From Planctomycetota bacterium (lineage in GTDB: Bacteria; Planctomycetota; PLA2; JAEUHO01), in NCBI GenBank assembly GCA_050248855.1, contig JBFWRP010000004.1:32001-96000 (forward strand): DNA of 64,000 nucleotides, written 5' to 3'. Both the position numbers and the translations under genes were made by a program. Every line of letters begins with the position of its first letter. Positions within the stretch are counted from its first letter, which is position 1. This document shows positions 1-9,647 of the stretch, piece after piece. The notes under the pieces were generated by a model. The model searched no databases. It was not told the DNA's origin and saw nothing but the letters and a program-made list of their open reading frames with translations.

Positions 1-1132
1 ATGACGCGCCGACGCGGTCCACACGCCACGCCAGGAACGGAATGCCACGATCGACGAGGGTGCGCGGGAGCTCGGCATCGTCGGCGCCGTGCAGCACGAC
101 GAGATCGTGCGAGGCGAGCCACGCCGATCCCCACGCCGCCCGCGAGGCCGGGGCGCCATCGCGCTCGGCCGCGCGCAGCACGCCATCGGCCGTCGCGGCG
201 ATGCCATGGCGGCGCGCCAGCCGGGCGAGCAGCAGCGCGTCGTGGCGCGCGCCGACGGCGTGCGGCAGGGGCTCGCGGGAGACCCAGGCCGCTGGCGGCG
301 GACCGCGCTGGCGAAGCGCCTCCAGGACCGGCCCGAGCGCCGGCGCGTCGGCATGCGCGACGGGTAGCGCGGGCGTCACCGTGCCGGACGGCGCGAGCAG
401 CACGCGCTCCAGGTCCAGTCCCGCATCGCCGCGCGGCAGGCGGGCGAGCCACGCGTACGCGCCTTCCCGGCGGCCCGCGCGGCGCCACGCCCGGACGGCC
501 TGGAGCCCGATCGAGGCCATCCGCTCGGGCGCGACGGCCAGGGCGCCCTCGACGAGGCCGTCGAACGCGGCCACGCGACCTCGCGCCGACGCGCGCTGCA
601 GCGCGCGCTCGGCGGCGCTCGCCAGCATGGCGCGCTCGGTCGGGGGCAAGGCTGCCGACAACAGGGCCAGGGCGAAGCGGTCCGCGGCCGTCCGCACCTC
701 GACGGGTCCGAGCAGCCGACCGATGGCTCCGCTGTCGTCCCCGCGACGCGCCAGCACCAGCGCGCCGAACCACGCGACGTCCACGTCCCGCGTGTTGGCC
801 TCCTGGCAACGCACGGCGGCGCACGCACCCCGCAAGTCCAGGTCATGGAGCGCCGCCACACCTCGCGCCACGGGGCTGCCCGCCGCGGGATCGGCGAGCG
901 CCTGGCGCACCTGCTCGTCGGCGCCGGCGAACGCGAGGCGCGCGAGGATGCGACGAGGCGACGTGGCAGGCTCGCCGGCTGCGGCGAGCACCTGGTCCAG
1001 GGCGCGGGCGTCCCGATCGGCCAGGAAGCGCTGCTCGGCAGCGGCCTCCGGCCCGGCTCCGGCGGGCCCCGGTGAGGCCAGGATCGCGCCGAGGACGAGG
1101 GCGCTGACGAGGACGAGCCGGGGCAGGGTCAC
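1..1132 (-). CDS. Exported hypothetical protein, helical/Ala-rich, runs off the left edge of the window
   Basis: GTG at 1132 overlaps the TGA of the upstream folK-panC gene (GTGA). N-terminus MTLPRLVLVSALVLGAILASPGPAGA is signal-peptide-like. The frame appears open to the window edge (...LVDRGIPFLAWRVDRVGAS) and is absent from the ORF track because it has no stop. Confidence 0.7.
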   Translation of the reverse strand, partial: MTLPRLVLVSALVLGAILASPGPAGAGPEAAAEQRFLADRDARALDQVLAAAGEPATSPRRILARLAFAGADEQVRQALADPAAGSPVARGVAALHDLDLRGACAAVRCQEANTRDVDVAWFGALVLARRGDDSGAIGRLLGPVEVRTAADRFALALLSAALPPTERAMLASAAERALQRASARGRVAAFDGLVEGALAVAPERMASIGLQAVRAWRRAGRREGAYAWLARLPRGDAGLDLERVLLAPSGTVTPALPVAHADAPALGPVLEALRQRGPPPAAWVSREPLPHAVGARHDALLLARLARRHGIAATADGVLRAAERDGAPASRAAWGSAWLASHDLVVLHGADDAELPRTLVDRGIPFLAWRVDRVGAS

Positions 1133-2547
1133 GTCGTGCCCCCGCGGGCGGGGACGTGCGTGCCATCCGCCACGAAGCGGTTGTCCAGCAGACGTACGCC
1201 GTCCACGCGCACGGCCGCCACGAGCAGGGCCGGTTCCGGGGAGGGCTCCACGGGCAGGAAGCGCGTGGGGTGGACGAGGTCGACGTAGTCGGGTGCCAAG
1301 CCGTCGTCGTGGAGCCGCCGCTCGAGGTCCTCGAGGGCCTCGTCGCGGCCGGTGCCCGCGGCCATGCGAGCAGCCGTCGCCTCCAGCGCCAGGGGGAAGC
1401 GTGCCGCGCGAGCGCGCGCGCTCGCGTCCAGGTAGCGATTGCGCGACGAAAGGGCCAAGCCGTCGGCGGCATGACGCGTGGGACACGCCACGAGGTGCCC
1501 AGGCAGGTCGAGGTCCTCCACCATGCGTCGCACGAGCGCCAGCTGCTGCGCGTCCTTCCACGCGAAGAACGCCTGCGCGGGTCGGCTGCGCATCCACAGC
1601 TTGAGCACGACGGTGAGCACGCCTCGGAAGTGGCCTGGCCGGACCGCGCCCTCGTGCAGGTCGGCCAGCGTCTCGGGCACGACGTAGGTTCCGAACCCGG
1701 GGCCGTACAGGTCGTCCGCCGCCGGTACGTACACGGCCGCGGCCCCGTGGTGGCACAGCAGCTCCACGTCGGCCTCGAACGTGCGCGGGTAGCGGTCCAG
1801 GTCCTCCCCCGCCCCGAACTGCAACGGGTTCACGAACAGCGTGGCCAGGACGTGGTCCGTGCATGCCGCAGCGCGCTGCACCAACGTCGCGTGCCCCTCG
1901 TGCAGGGCCCCCATCGTCGGCACCAAGCCCACGTCGCCGACGAGGCGCGATCGCCAGGCCTCGAGCTCCGCGTGCGTGCGCAACACCGCAAAGGGCCGCT
2001 CGCGCCGTGGAAACGGCAGCGGGTCCAGCACATGGTGGTCGGCGGCGCACGCCGGGTCTGCCGCCTGCAGACGCGCCCAGGCGGTCGCGATCGGGATCGT
2101 GCTCCCGTCGTCGGCGCACGCCGCGAACAGGGGAGCGATCTCGGCCCACGGCGCCAGCACGAACGCGCGGTGCAGCGCGCGCGGGTGGGGAAGCTCGAGC
2201 GCACCACGGCGCTTCTCGTCGTCGACGGCCAGCAGGTCGAGGTCCAGGGCGCGGGTGGCCCGGCCATCGCGGACCCGGCCGGCCCCGCGCTCCACGTCGT
2301 GCAGGAGCTGGAGCAGCTCCTCGGGCTCGAGACGCGTCGACAGCTCGGCGACGGCGTTCGTCACAGGGGCCACGCGCTCCGCGGCGCGGCCGGCGGCGTG
2401 TACGTAGGGCGTCCGGCGCGGGCGCGACATGGCCGCGACGCGCGTCCCGGGCAGCCGGTCCAGCGCTGCCAGGGCGTCCGCGAGGCGATCCAGGGGCTCC
2501 GCCTCGTTTGCGCCCAGGCCGACGAAGGCCCGGGCCCGCTTCCTCAC
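1129..2547 (-). CDS. folK-panC: Fused 2-amino-4-hydroxy-6-hydroxymethyldihydropteridine diphosphokinase (FolK) / pantoate--beta-alanine ligase (PanC)
   Basis: N-terminal HPPK motifs AFVGLGAN, GRVR..R..RALDLDLL and LPHPR...RAFVL. C-terminal PanC motifs VPTMGALHEGH, FVNPLQF, RPGHFRGV, GLALSSRN and VRLLDN. GTG start at 2547 overlaps the pssA stop. Confidence 0.9.
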   Translation of the reverse strand: MRKRARAFVGLGANEAEPLDRLADALAALDRLPGTRVAAMSRPRRTPYVHAAGRAAERVAPVTNAVAELSTRLEPEELLQLLHDVERGAGRVRDGRATRALDLDLLAVDDEKRRGALELPHPRALHRAFVLAPWAEIAPLFAACADDGSTIPIATAWARLQAADPACAADHHVLDPLPFPRRERPFAVLRTHAELEAWRSRLVGDVGLVPTMGALHEGHATLVQRAAACTDHVLATLFVNPLQFGAGEDLDRYPRTFEADVELLCHHGAAAVYVPAADDLYGPGFGTYVVPETLADLHEGAVRPGHFRGVLTVVLKLWMRSRPAQAFFAWKDAQQLALVRRMVEDLDLPGHLVACPTRHAADGLALSSRNRYLDASARARAARFPLALEATAARMAAGTGRDEALEDLERRLHDDGLAPDYVDLVHPTRFLPVEPSPEPALLVAAVRVDGVRLLDNRFVADGTHVPARGGTT

Positions 2548-3443
2548 GGCGCGCTCCAGGCGCGCTCGTCCTCGCCCGGCTCCTCCCCGCCGTCCGGCCC
2601 GCGCATCTCCATCGTCGGGTCGGAGTCGGCCTCGAGGTGGTCGGTCTCGTCGCCTTCCCACTCGCGCCGCCCGCTCAGACGCAACACGAGACCCATCACG
2701 ACCCCCGACAGGGCGTAGGCCAGGAACCCGACGGCCACCGTTTCCTCGAAGAAGACGATGGCGCAGAACACGACGAGGACGAGCACGACGACGGTCGCCA
2801 GGGGGCGCCGTCCATCGAGGTAGCGGTTGAGGACGTGCGTGTACGGCAGGCGGCTGATCATGAGGAAGCCGAGCAGCGGCAGCACGCCCAGGAACGCGAA
2901 GGCGGCGACCCGCTCGCCCAGCTCCTGGTGCACCAGCACGAGGCTGGCGACGACCCCTGCGGCTGCGGGCGACGGCAAGCCCGTGAACGTGCGCGTGGCA
3001 TGCGAGCCTTCGGGACGACCCGCCTCGACGTTGTAGCGGGCCAGGCGCAGCGCGGCGCCCACGACGTAGACCACGCTGACCGCGAACAGCAGCCGGCCGG
3101 GAATGCCCGGGAAGGCCGCGTCGAGCACCGTCTTGCCCAGCAGGGCGGGGGCGACGCCGAACGTGACGATGTCCGCCAGGCTGTCGAGCTGGGCGCCGAA
3201 GGGCGACGCCGTGCGCGTGAGCCGCGCGATGCGTCCATCGGCCGCGTCGCAGAACATGCCGATGAAGAGCATCCACGCGGCCTTCGTGAACAGCGGGTCG
3301 CCCAGCGGGTCGGCGCGATCCAGCTGGGCGAGGTAGGCCAGCGCCAAGACGCCCGCGATGAGGTTTCCGGCCGTGACGAGCGTCGGCAGGACGTGGATCG
3401 TCGTCAGCGGGCGGCGCCGGGGCAGTGGGCGAAGCGGGGCCAT
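2544..3443 (-). CDS. pssA: CDP-diacylglycerol--serine O-phosphatidyltransferase
   Basis: CDP-alcohol phosphotransferase motif DAADGRIARLT..SPFGAQLDSLADIVTFGVAP, plus LRLARYN and FTGLPSPAAA; multiple TM helices. Confidence 0.9.
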   Translation of the reverse strand: MAPLRPLPRRRPLTTIHVLPTLVTAGNLIAGVLALAYLAQLDRADPLGDPLFTKAAWMLFIGMFCDAADGRIARLTRTASPFGAQLDSLADIVTFGVAPALLGKTVLDAAFPGIPGRLLFAVSVVYVVGAALRLARYNVEAGRPEGSHATRTFTGLPSPAAAGVVASLVLVHQELGERVAAFAFLGVLPLLGFLMISRLPYTHVLNRYLDGRRPLATVVVLVLVVFCAIVFFEETVAVGFLAYALSGVVMGLVLRLSGRREWEGDETDHLEADSDPTMEMRGPDGGEEPGEDERAWSAP

Positions 3444-3450
3444 GGACGTG

Positions 3451-3456
3451 ATGCTA
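3451..3456 (-). promoter_or_regulatory. Putative -10 element (TAGCAT) 7 nt before the pssA ATG, suggesting a leaderless transcript
   Basis: TAnnnT hexamer at -10-to-TSS spacing from the start codon, with no Shine-Dalgarno. Confidence 0.45.
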
Positions 3457-3471
3457 CGTCCGCGGAGGGCG

Positions 3472-3825
3472 TCAGGGACGCTTGGCGCGCGCGGCCTCGG
3501 CCGCGGCGAGCTCCGCGTCGCGGGTCTCGAGGTAGCGCTGCCCGTTCCAGGCGAGGCGCTTGGCTTCGAGCATGCGCAAGTAGCCGAGCGTCCAGGCGTC
3601 GCGCGTCTCGCGGCGCCAACGGGCCAGGCGCTCCTCGACGGCTCGCGTCTCGCGCTGCAGACGGGCGTGGTCGTCGAGCAGGCGACGGTGTTCGGCGATG
3701 GCCGGCAGCGTGCAGAACAGGAGCACGAACAGGCCCAGGACCGCGAGCGTCGGCACGGCCCGGCCGAGCGGCAGGGACGGCGGCCGCGACGGCTGGAGCT
3801 CGGGCAGCGAGCGCTGGGCGCGCAC
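3472..3825 (-). CDS. Small bitopic membrane protein with coiled coil, FtsB/DivIC-like by architecture and position
   Basis: 117 aa: short N-tail, one TM (AVPTLAVLGLFVLLFCTLPAIA), then a heptad-like helix (LLDDHARLQRETRAVEERLARW). Lies 6 bp downstream of eno. Confidence 0.55.
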   Translation of the reverse strand: MRAQRSLPELQPSRPPSLPLGRAVPTLAVLGLFVLLFCTLPAIAEHRRLLDDHARLQRETRAVEERLARWRRETRDAWTLGYLRMLEAKRLAWNGQRYLETRDAELAAAEAARAKRP

Positions 3826-3831
3826 GCCGCG

Positions 3832-5124
3832 TCAGGCGCCTCGCGGGCGCAGGCCGTACGGCAGCGCCGACCCGCGCGCGGACGCGTCGGCCTCGATGCG
3901 CAGCAGGCGGTTGTACTTGGCGGTCCGCTCGCCGCGGCAGGGCGCGCCCGTCTTGATCTGGCCGGTGCCGAGCGCCACCGCGAGGTCCGCGATCGTGTCG
4001 TCCTCGGTCTCGCCGGAGCGATGGCTCATGACGGAGGCGTAGCCGGCACGGTGCGCGTCGCGCACGCAGGTCAGCGTGTCGGCCAGGGTCCCGATCTGGT
4101 TCGGCTTGACGAGCACGGCATTGGCCACGCCGGCCCCGATCCCGCGAGCGAGTCGGGCCGGGTCGGTCACGAAGAGGTCGTCGCCGACGAGCTGCATGCG
4201 AGCGCCCAGCGCGTCGGTCAACCGCCGCCAGCCCTCCCAGTCGTCCTCGCCGAGGCCGTCCTCGATGCTGTGGATCGGAAAGCGAGCCGCCCACCTTGCG
4301 TACCGTTCGATCAGGGCGTCGGCGGACACGACCTGCCCTTCGAAGCGGTACCCGCCCTCGACGACCAGCTCCGTGGCGGCGACGTCCAGGGCCAGGGCCA
4401 CCTGGCGGCCCGGCTCGTAGCCGGCCCGCTCGATGGCCTCCGCCACGCAGGCGAGCGCCTCGTCGTTGTCCTTGACGCGGGGTGCGAAGCCACCCTCGTC
4501 CCCCACCGCGATGCCGAGACCGCGTTCCACGAGCAGCTTCTTGAGGGCGTGGTACGTCTCGACGCCGGCCCTCAGGCCCTCGGCGAACGACGGGAAGCCG
4601 AGCGGCGCGATCATGAACTCCTGGACGTCGAGCCCGTTGTCGGCGTGGACGCCCCCGTTGAGCACGTTGAGCAGCGGTACGGGCAGCCGCGGAGCGCCCT
4701 CGCCGGCCAAGGCGCCTACGTGCTGCCAGAGCGGCACGCGGGAAGCCGCGGCCGCCGCGCGCGCCGCTGCCAACGAGATGCCCAGGACGGCGTTGGCTCC
4801 CAGCGTCCCCAGGTTGGGCGCGCCATCCGCCGCGCGCATCGCGGCGTCGACGGCAGGCGTGTCCCCGGCGTCGAGCCCCGTGACGGCAGCGGCCAGGGGG
4901 CCTTGCGCGTTGGCCACGGCCCGGCGCACGCCGCGCCCACCGTAGCGTGCGTCGCGGTCGCGCAGCTCCAGGGCCTCGTGGGCGCCGGTGCTCGCCCCGC
5001 TGGGGACGAGGGCTCGACCCTGGGCGCCCCCGACGAGGGTGACGACGACTTCCACGGTCGGGTTGCCGCGGCTGTCGAGCACCTCGAGGGCCTCGACGCT
5101 CGCGATGCGGCGGTCGGACGGCAT
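3832..5124 (-). CDS. eno: Enolase (phosphopyruvate hydratase)
   Basis: [61 protein letters not shown] and [12 protein letters not shown] at 5124 is preceded by GGGAG. Confidence 0.98.
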   Translation of the reverse strand: MPSDRRIASVEALEVLDSRGNPTVEVVVTLVGGAQGRALVPSGASTGAHEALELRDRDARYGGRGVRRAVANAQGPLAAAVTGLDAGDTPAVDAAMRAADGAPNLGTLGANAVLGISLAAARAAAAASRVPLWQHVGALAGEGAPRLPVPLLNVLNGGVHADNGLDVQEFMIAPLGFPSFAEGLRAGVETYHALKKLLVERGLGIAVGDEGGFAPRVKDNDEALACVAEAIERAGYEPGRQVALALDVAATELVVEGGYRFEGQVVSADALIERYARWAARFPIHSIEDGLGEDDWEGWRRLTDALGARMQLVGDDLFVTDPARLARGIGAGVANAVLVKPNQIGTLADTLTCVRDAHRAGYASVMSHRSGETEDDTIADLAVALGTGQIKTGAPCRGERTAKYNRLLRIEADASARGSALPYGLRPRGA

Positions 5125-5232
5125 GACGGACGGCTCCCACGCTCCGCCCCCCGGGCGGCCGGTCGGAGTGTAGGAGCCGGGCCTCGCACGGGGGAGGACC
5201 GCCGCGCTGGTCCCCCATGCCAGAATCCCCCC

Positions 5233-7581
5233 ATGCCCACCCCCGCCAACCCGTCGCCGCCGAGCCGGCTCTCGCGACCGTGGGGCATCGCCCTCGGGCT
5301 GGGCGCGTTGGTGCTGCTCGGCAGCCCACGCCTTGCGGCTGGCGACGGGTCGGGGGCGCGCGAGCCTGCCGGCCCGGCGCCGCAGCAGAACTTCAGCGAC
5401 GTCCACGCCACCGAGGAGTGGGTCCTGCGTGCTTTCCGCGAGGCCGAGCGTGCGTCGGTCGCCGGGCGCCACGCGGAGACGGCGCGTCTGCTGCAGACGG
5501 TCGTCGAGGCCACGACGGGCCCCGACGGCGACGGCGGCGCCGCGCCGTACGTGCTGCCCGTGCACGGCACCGCGTCGTACGAAGGTGCGTGGATCGTGGC
5601 GCGCCACGCCCAGGCCCGCGGCGGCCCGCCCGTCCTCGACGCGCTGGCCTCCGAGCATGGCGCCACCGCCGCCAGGCTCCTGGCGCGCGCGGTCGCCGCG
5701 CAGGACCGCGAGGGCCTCGCCGATGTGGCCTGGCGCTTCCTCCCGCTCGGGGAAGGACGCCGGGCCGCCCTGCTGCTCGCCGACCTCGCCTTGGAACGCG
5801 CGGACCGCGACGAAGCCCTGGAATGGTGCCAGGCCCTGGAAGACCTCGAGGCGGTCTCGGCCGAGCCCGAGGAACGCGTGGCGCCCTGGCGCCGCGCGCG
5901 CATCGTGCGGCATGCCCGGGCCCTGGCGGCGACACGGGCCGACCTCGAGCCGCTCGAGGCGGCCCTGACCCTGCGCGCCGCGCGCCGTACGGCACCCGAC
6001 CGGGGGCTGCTGGCCCTGCCGCTCGAGCGGGTGGCGACGTCGCCCGCTCCCCGCGTCTGGATGCAGGCGGGCGGCGACGCCACGCGGGCCGCACCGGCGC
6101 CGGACGTCGGGCCCAAGCTGCGCCTGGCATGGTGCCTGCGGCCCGGCGAGGTCGAGCGCCCGCTGGCCGACGGGCGCGACCCCGAGGCCCCGGGGCCGCG
6201 GCGGCCCAGCTCGTTCCTGCCCCCGCGCGCCGTCGTCGTCGGTGACCTCGCCCTCGTGTCCGACGGCCTGCAGCTGCACGGTTTCGACCTGGCGACGGGG
6301 CGGGAGCGCGTGCGCGAGCCCTTCGCGTTCAGCTACCTCGACATCACGCGCCGCGACGCGGCGGTGGACGACACGCCCATCGACCGCCGGGCCCGCGCCG
6401 GCTGGATCGAGGGCCACGCCCTGGCGGCTTGGCCGCGCACGCACCCCGACGGCCGCGAGGGCTGGCTCGTGGTGGCGGCCGTCCCGGACGGGCGCCCGTG
6501 GTCGGCGCTCGGCGACGAGCGGGAAGAACGCCTCGACCACATGGAAGCGTTCTTCTTCGACGGTAGCGCCATGGAGCCGCTCTGGCAGGTCGGGGGAGGT
6601 CTCGGCGACACGTCCCCCACCGGTCTCGACCCGTACCTGCGTCTCTACAGCTCCCCGCTGCTCTACCGCGGCTTGGTGTGGGTCGCCGGGTCGTTGCCCT
6701 CGAAGGCCAGCCGGGACCGCGTCGAGTCGTGGCTGGTCGCCCTCGACCCCGACACGGGCGCGGTCGTCAACCGCACGCACGTGGGCTCCGGCACGCCGGT
6801 GCGGCCGGGCCGCGAGGACGAGGTCATGCCCACGGCGCCTGCCGGGGCGGCGGGGCGCATCGTGTACGGGACCGCTCTCGGGCTCGTGGCCGCGGTGTCC
6901 GCTCGCGATGGCCGCGTCGCCTGGGCCTACCGCTACGACCGCGACGTGGAGGTCGACCGCGCGGCGCGCGGTCGCCGTCGCACCGACACGCTCGAGCCGC
7001 GCAGCATCGGGTTCCTTGCCGAACCGCCGCGGTTGGCGCTGGAACGGTGCGCGCTCGCGCCGACCGACGGGCGCGACCTGCTCGTGTTCTTCGACCGCCC
7101 CATCGGCCCGGACCGCGAGCTCCTGTCGCTGGCCATCGACCGCCGCCGCGACCACGTGGACTTCCATCCGGAGTCCGTGCTCGGCCTCGTCGCCGGCCCG
7201 GGCCCGAAAGCCGCCCCGTGGCTGGTCAGCGTGGGCCAAGGCCTGGACACGGGCGAGGTCCCCGGCCCGCTGGCCATCGCCCGCGACCTCGTGTCCGGGC
7301 GCGTCGTGTGGCAGGGGCACCCGGGCCTCGCCACGCTGACCCAGCCCTACGGCACGGCGCTCCTGACCGCGTCCGAGGTCCTGGTGCCGACGCGCGAGGG
7401 GATCGTGCGGTTCGCCCGCGATGACGGCAGGCTGCTGGCCCTGGAGGACCGCCACGACCTGGACGAGCCCGCAGCGGCGGGCGATCCGCCGCTGCCCTAC
7501 GGCAACCTCGTCCCGCTGCCCGGCGGCGGCCTCCTGGCGGTCAGCGCGACCACGGTGTCGTGCTGGCGGCCGGAACGCTAG
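5233..7581 (+). CDS. Exported protein with N-terminal helical (TPR-like) region and PQQ/BamB-like beta-propeller repeats
   Basis: Signal-like N-terminus ([20 protein letters not shown]). Propeller-blade motifs [34 protein letters not shown] and [11 protein letters not shown]. Confidence 0.75.
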   Translation: MPTPANPSPPSRLSRPWGIALGLGALVLLGSPRLAAGDGSGAREPAGPAPQQNFSDVHATEEWVLRAFREAERASVAGRHAETARLLQTVVEATTGPDGDGGAAPYVLPVHGTASYEGAWIVARHAQARGGPPVLDALASEHGATAARLLARAVAAQDREGLADVAWRFLPLGEGRRAALLLADLALERADRDEALEWCQALEDLEAVSAEPEERVAPWRRARIVRHARALAATRADLEPLEAALTLRAARRTAPDRGLLALPLERVATSPAPRVWMQAGGDATRAAPAPDVGPKLRLAWCLRPGEVERPLADGRDPEAPGPRRPSSFLPPRAVVVGDLALVSDGLQLHGFDLATGRERVREPFAFSYLDITRRDAAVDDTPIDRRARAGWIEGHALAAWPRTHPDGREGWLVVAAVPDGRPWSALGDEREERLDHMEAFFFDGSAMEPLWQVGGGLGDTSPTGLDPYLRLYSSPLLYRGLVWVAGSLPSKASRDRVESWLVALDPDTGAVVNRTHVGSGTPVRPGREDEVMPTAPAGAAGRIVYGTALGLVAAVSARDGRVAWAYRYDRDVEVDRAARGRRRTDTLEPRSIGFLAEPPRLALERCALAPTDGRDLLVFFDRPIGPDRELLSLAIDRRRDHVDFHPESVLGLVAGPGPKAAPWLVSVGQGLDTGEVPGPLAIARDLVSGRVVWQGHPGLATLTQPYGTALLTASEVLVPTREGIVRFARDDGRLLALEDRHDLDEPAAAGDPPLPYGNLVPLPGGGLLAVSATTVSCWRPER

Positions 7582-7685
7582 GCGACAGCCGACCGCGCCG
7601 GGGCAAGACCCCCATCGCGCAGGGGGTCGTGGGGCCCTGGCGCCATGCTTCAATGCGCCCTCGACCCCGCCCGGAGACCGCGTCC

Positions 7686-8768
<1,083 letters not shown>

Positions 8769-9647
8769 GGTCGTCGATCGGATCGCCGGCCTCGAGCTCA
8801 AGGCGCGCCACATCGTCGAAGGCTACGTCAGCGGTCTCCATCGGAGCCCGTTTCGCGGTTTCTCGGTCGAGTTCGCGGAGCACCGTGAGTACGTCCCCGG
8901 CGACGACGTCCGCTTCCTCGACTGGAAGGTGTTCGGCAAGACCGATCGCCTCTACATCAAGCGCTACGAGGAGGAGACCAACCTCGAGGCGTGGATGGTC
9001 GTCGACATCAGCGGCTCGATGGCCTACGACGACCGCGAGGGCAAGCTCCCGAGCAAGCTGGCGTACAGCACGTGGGGCGCCGCCGCGCTGGCCTGGCTGA
9101 TTGCACGCCAGCGTGACGCGGCGGGGCTCGTGCTGTTCGACGACCGCATCCGGCTCACGCTGCCCGCGCAGTCCAACGAGGCCCATCTGCGCAGCGTCTT
9201 GCGCGAGCTCGAGGCCGCGCGCCCCAGCGGCGCCACGGGCTTCGGGCGGGCGCTTCGCGAGGTGGCCGAAGCCGTTCGTCGCCGCGGCTTGATCGTGCTG
9301 TTCTCCGACCTGCTCGGCGACGAGGACGAGGCGCTCGCCGGCCTCAAGCACTTGCGCCACCGCGGCCACGAGGTGCTCCTGTTCCACGTGCTGGCGCACG
9401 ACGAGGTCACGTTCCCGTTCCAGCGCCTCACGCGCTTCGAGGGCCTCGAGGGTCTCCCCGACCGCATCGCCGACCCCGTCGCGTTGCGCGCGGCGTACCT
9501 GGAGGAGGTGCGCGCCTTCCGCCATCGGTTGCGTCGCGTCTGCGTCGCCAACCGCATCGACCTCGTGGAGCTCGACACCCAGCAAGAGCTCGGCGTCGTG
9601 CTCGCGGCCTACCTCGCCCAGCGCGAGGCGCGGCGCGGGGAGCGACG

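Noticed and set aside
3358..7653. 1407-aa (+) and 1273-aa (-) ORFs suggesting giant fusions with enolase
   Set aside because: Each is a real gene (propeller protein from 5233; eno from 5124) extended upstream through the antisense of the divergent neighbour.
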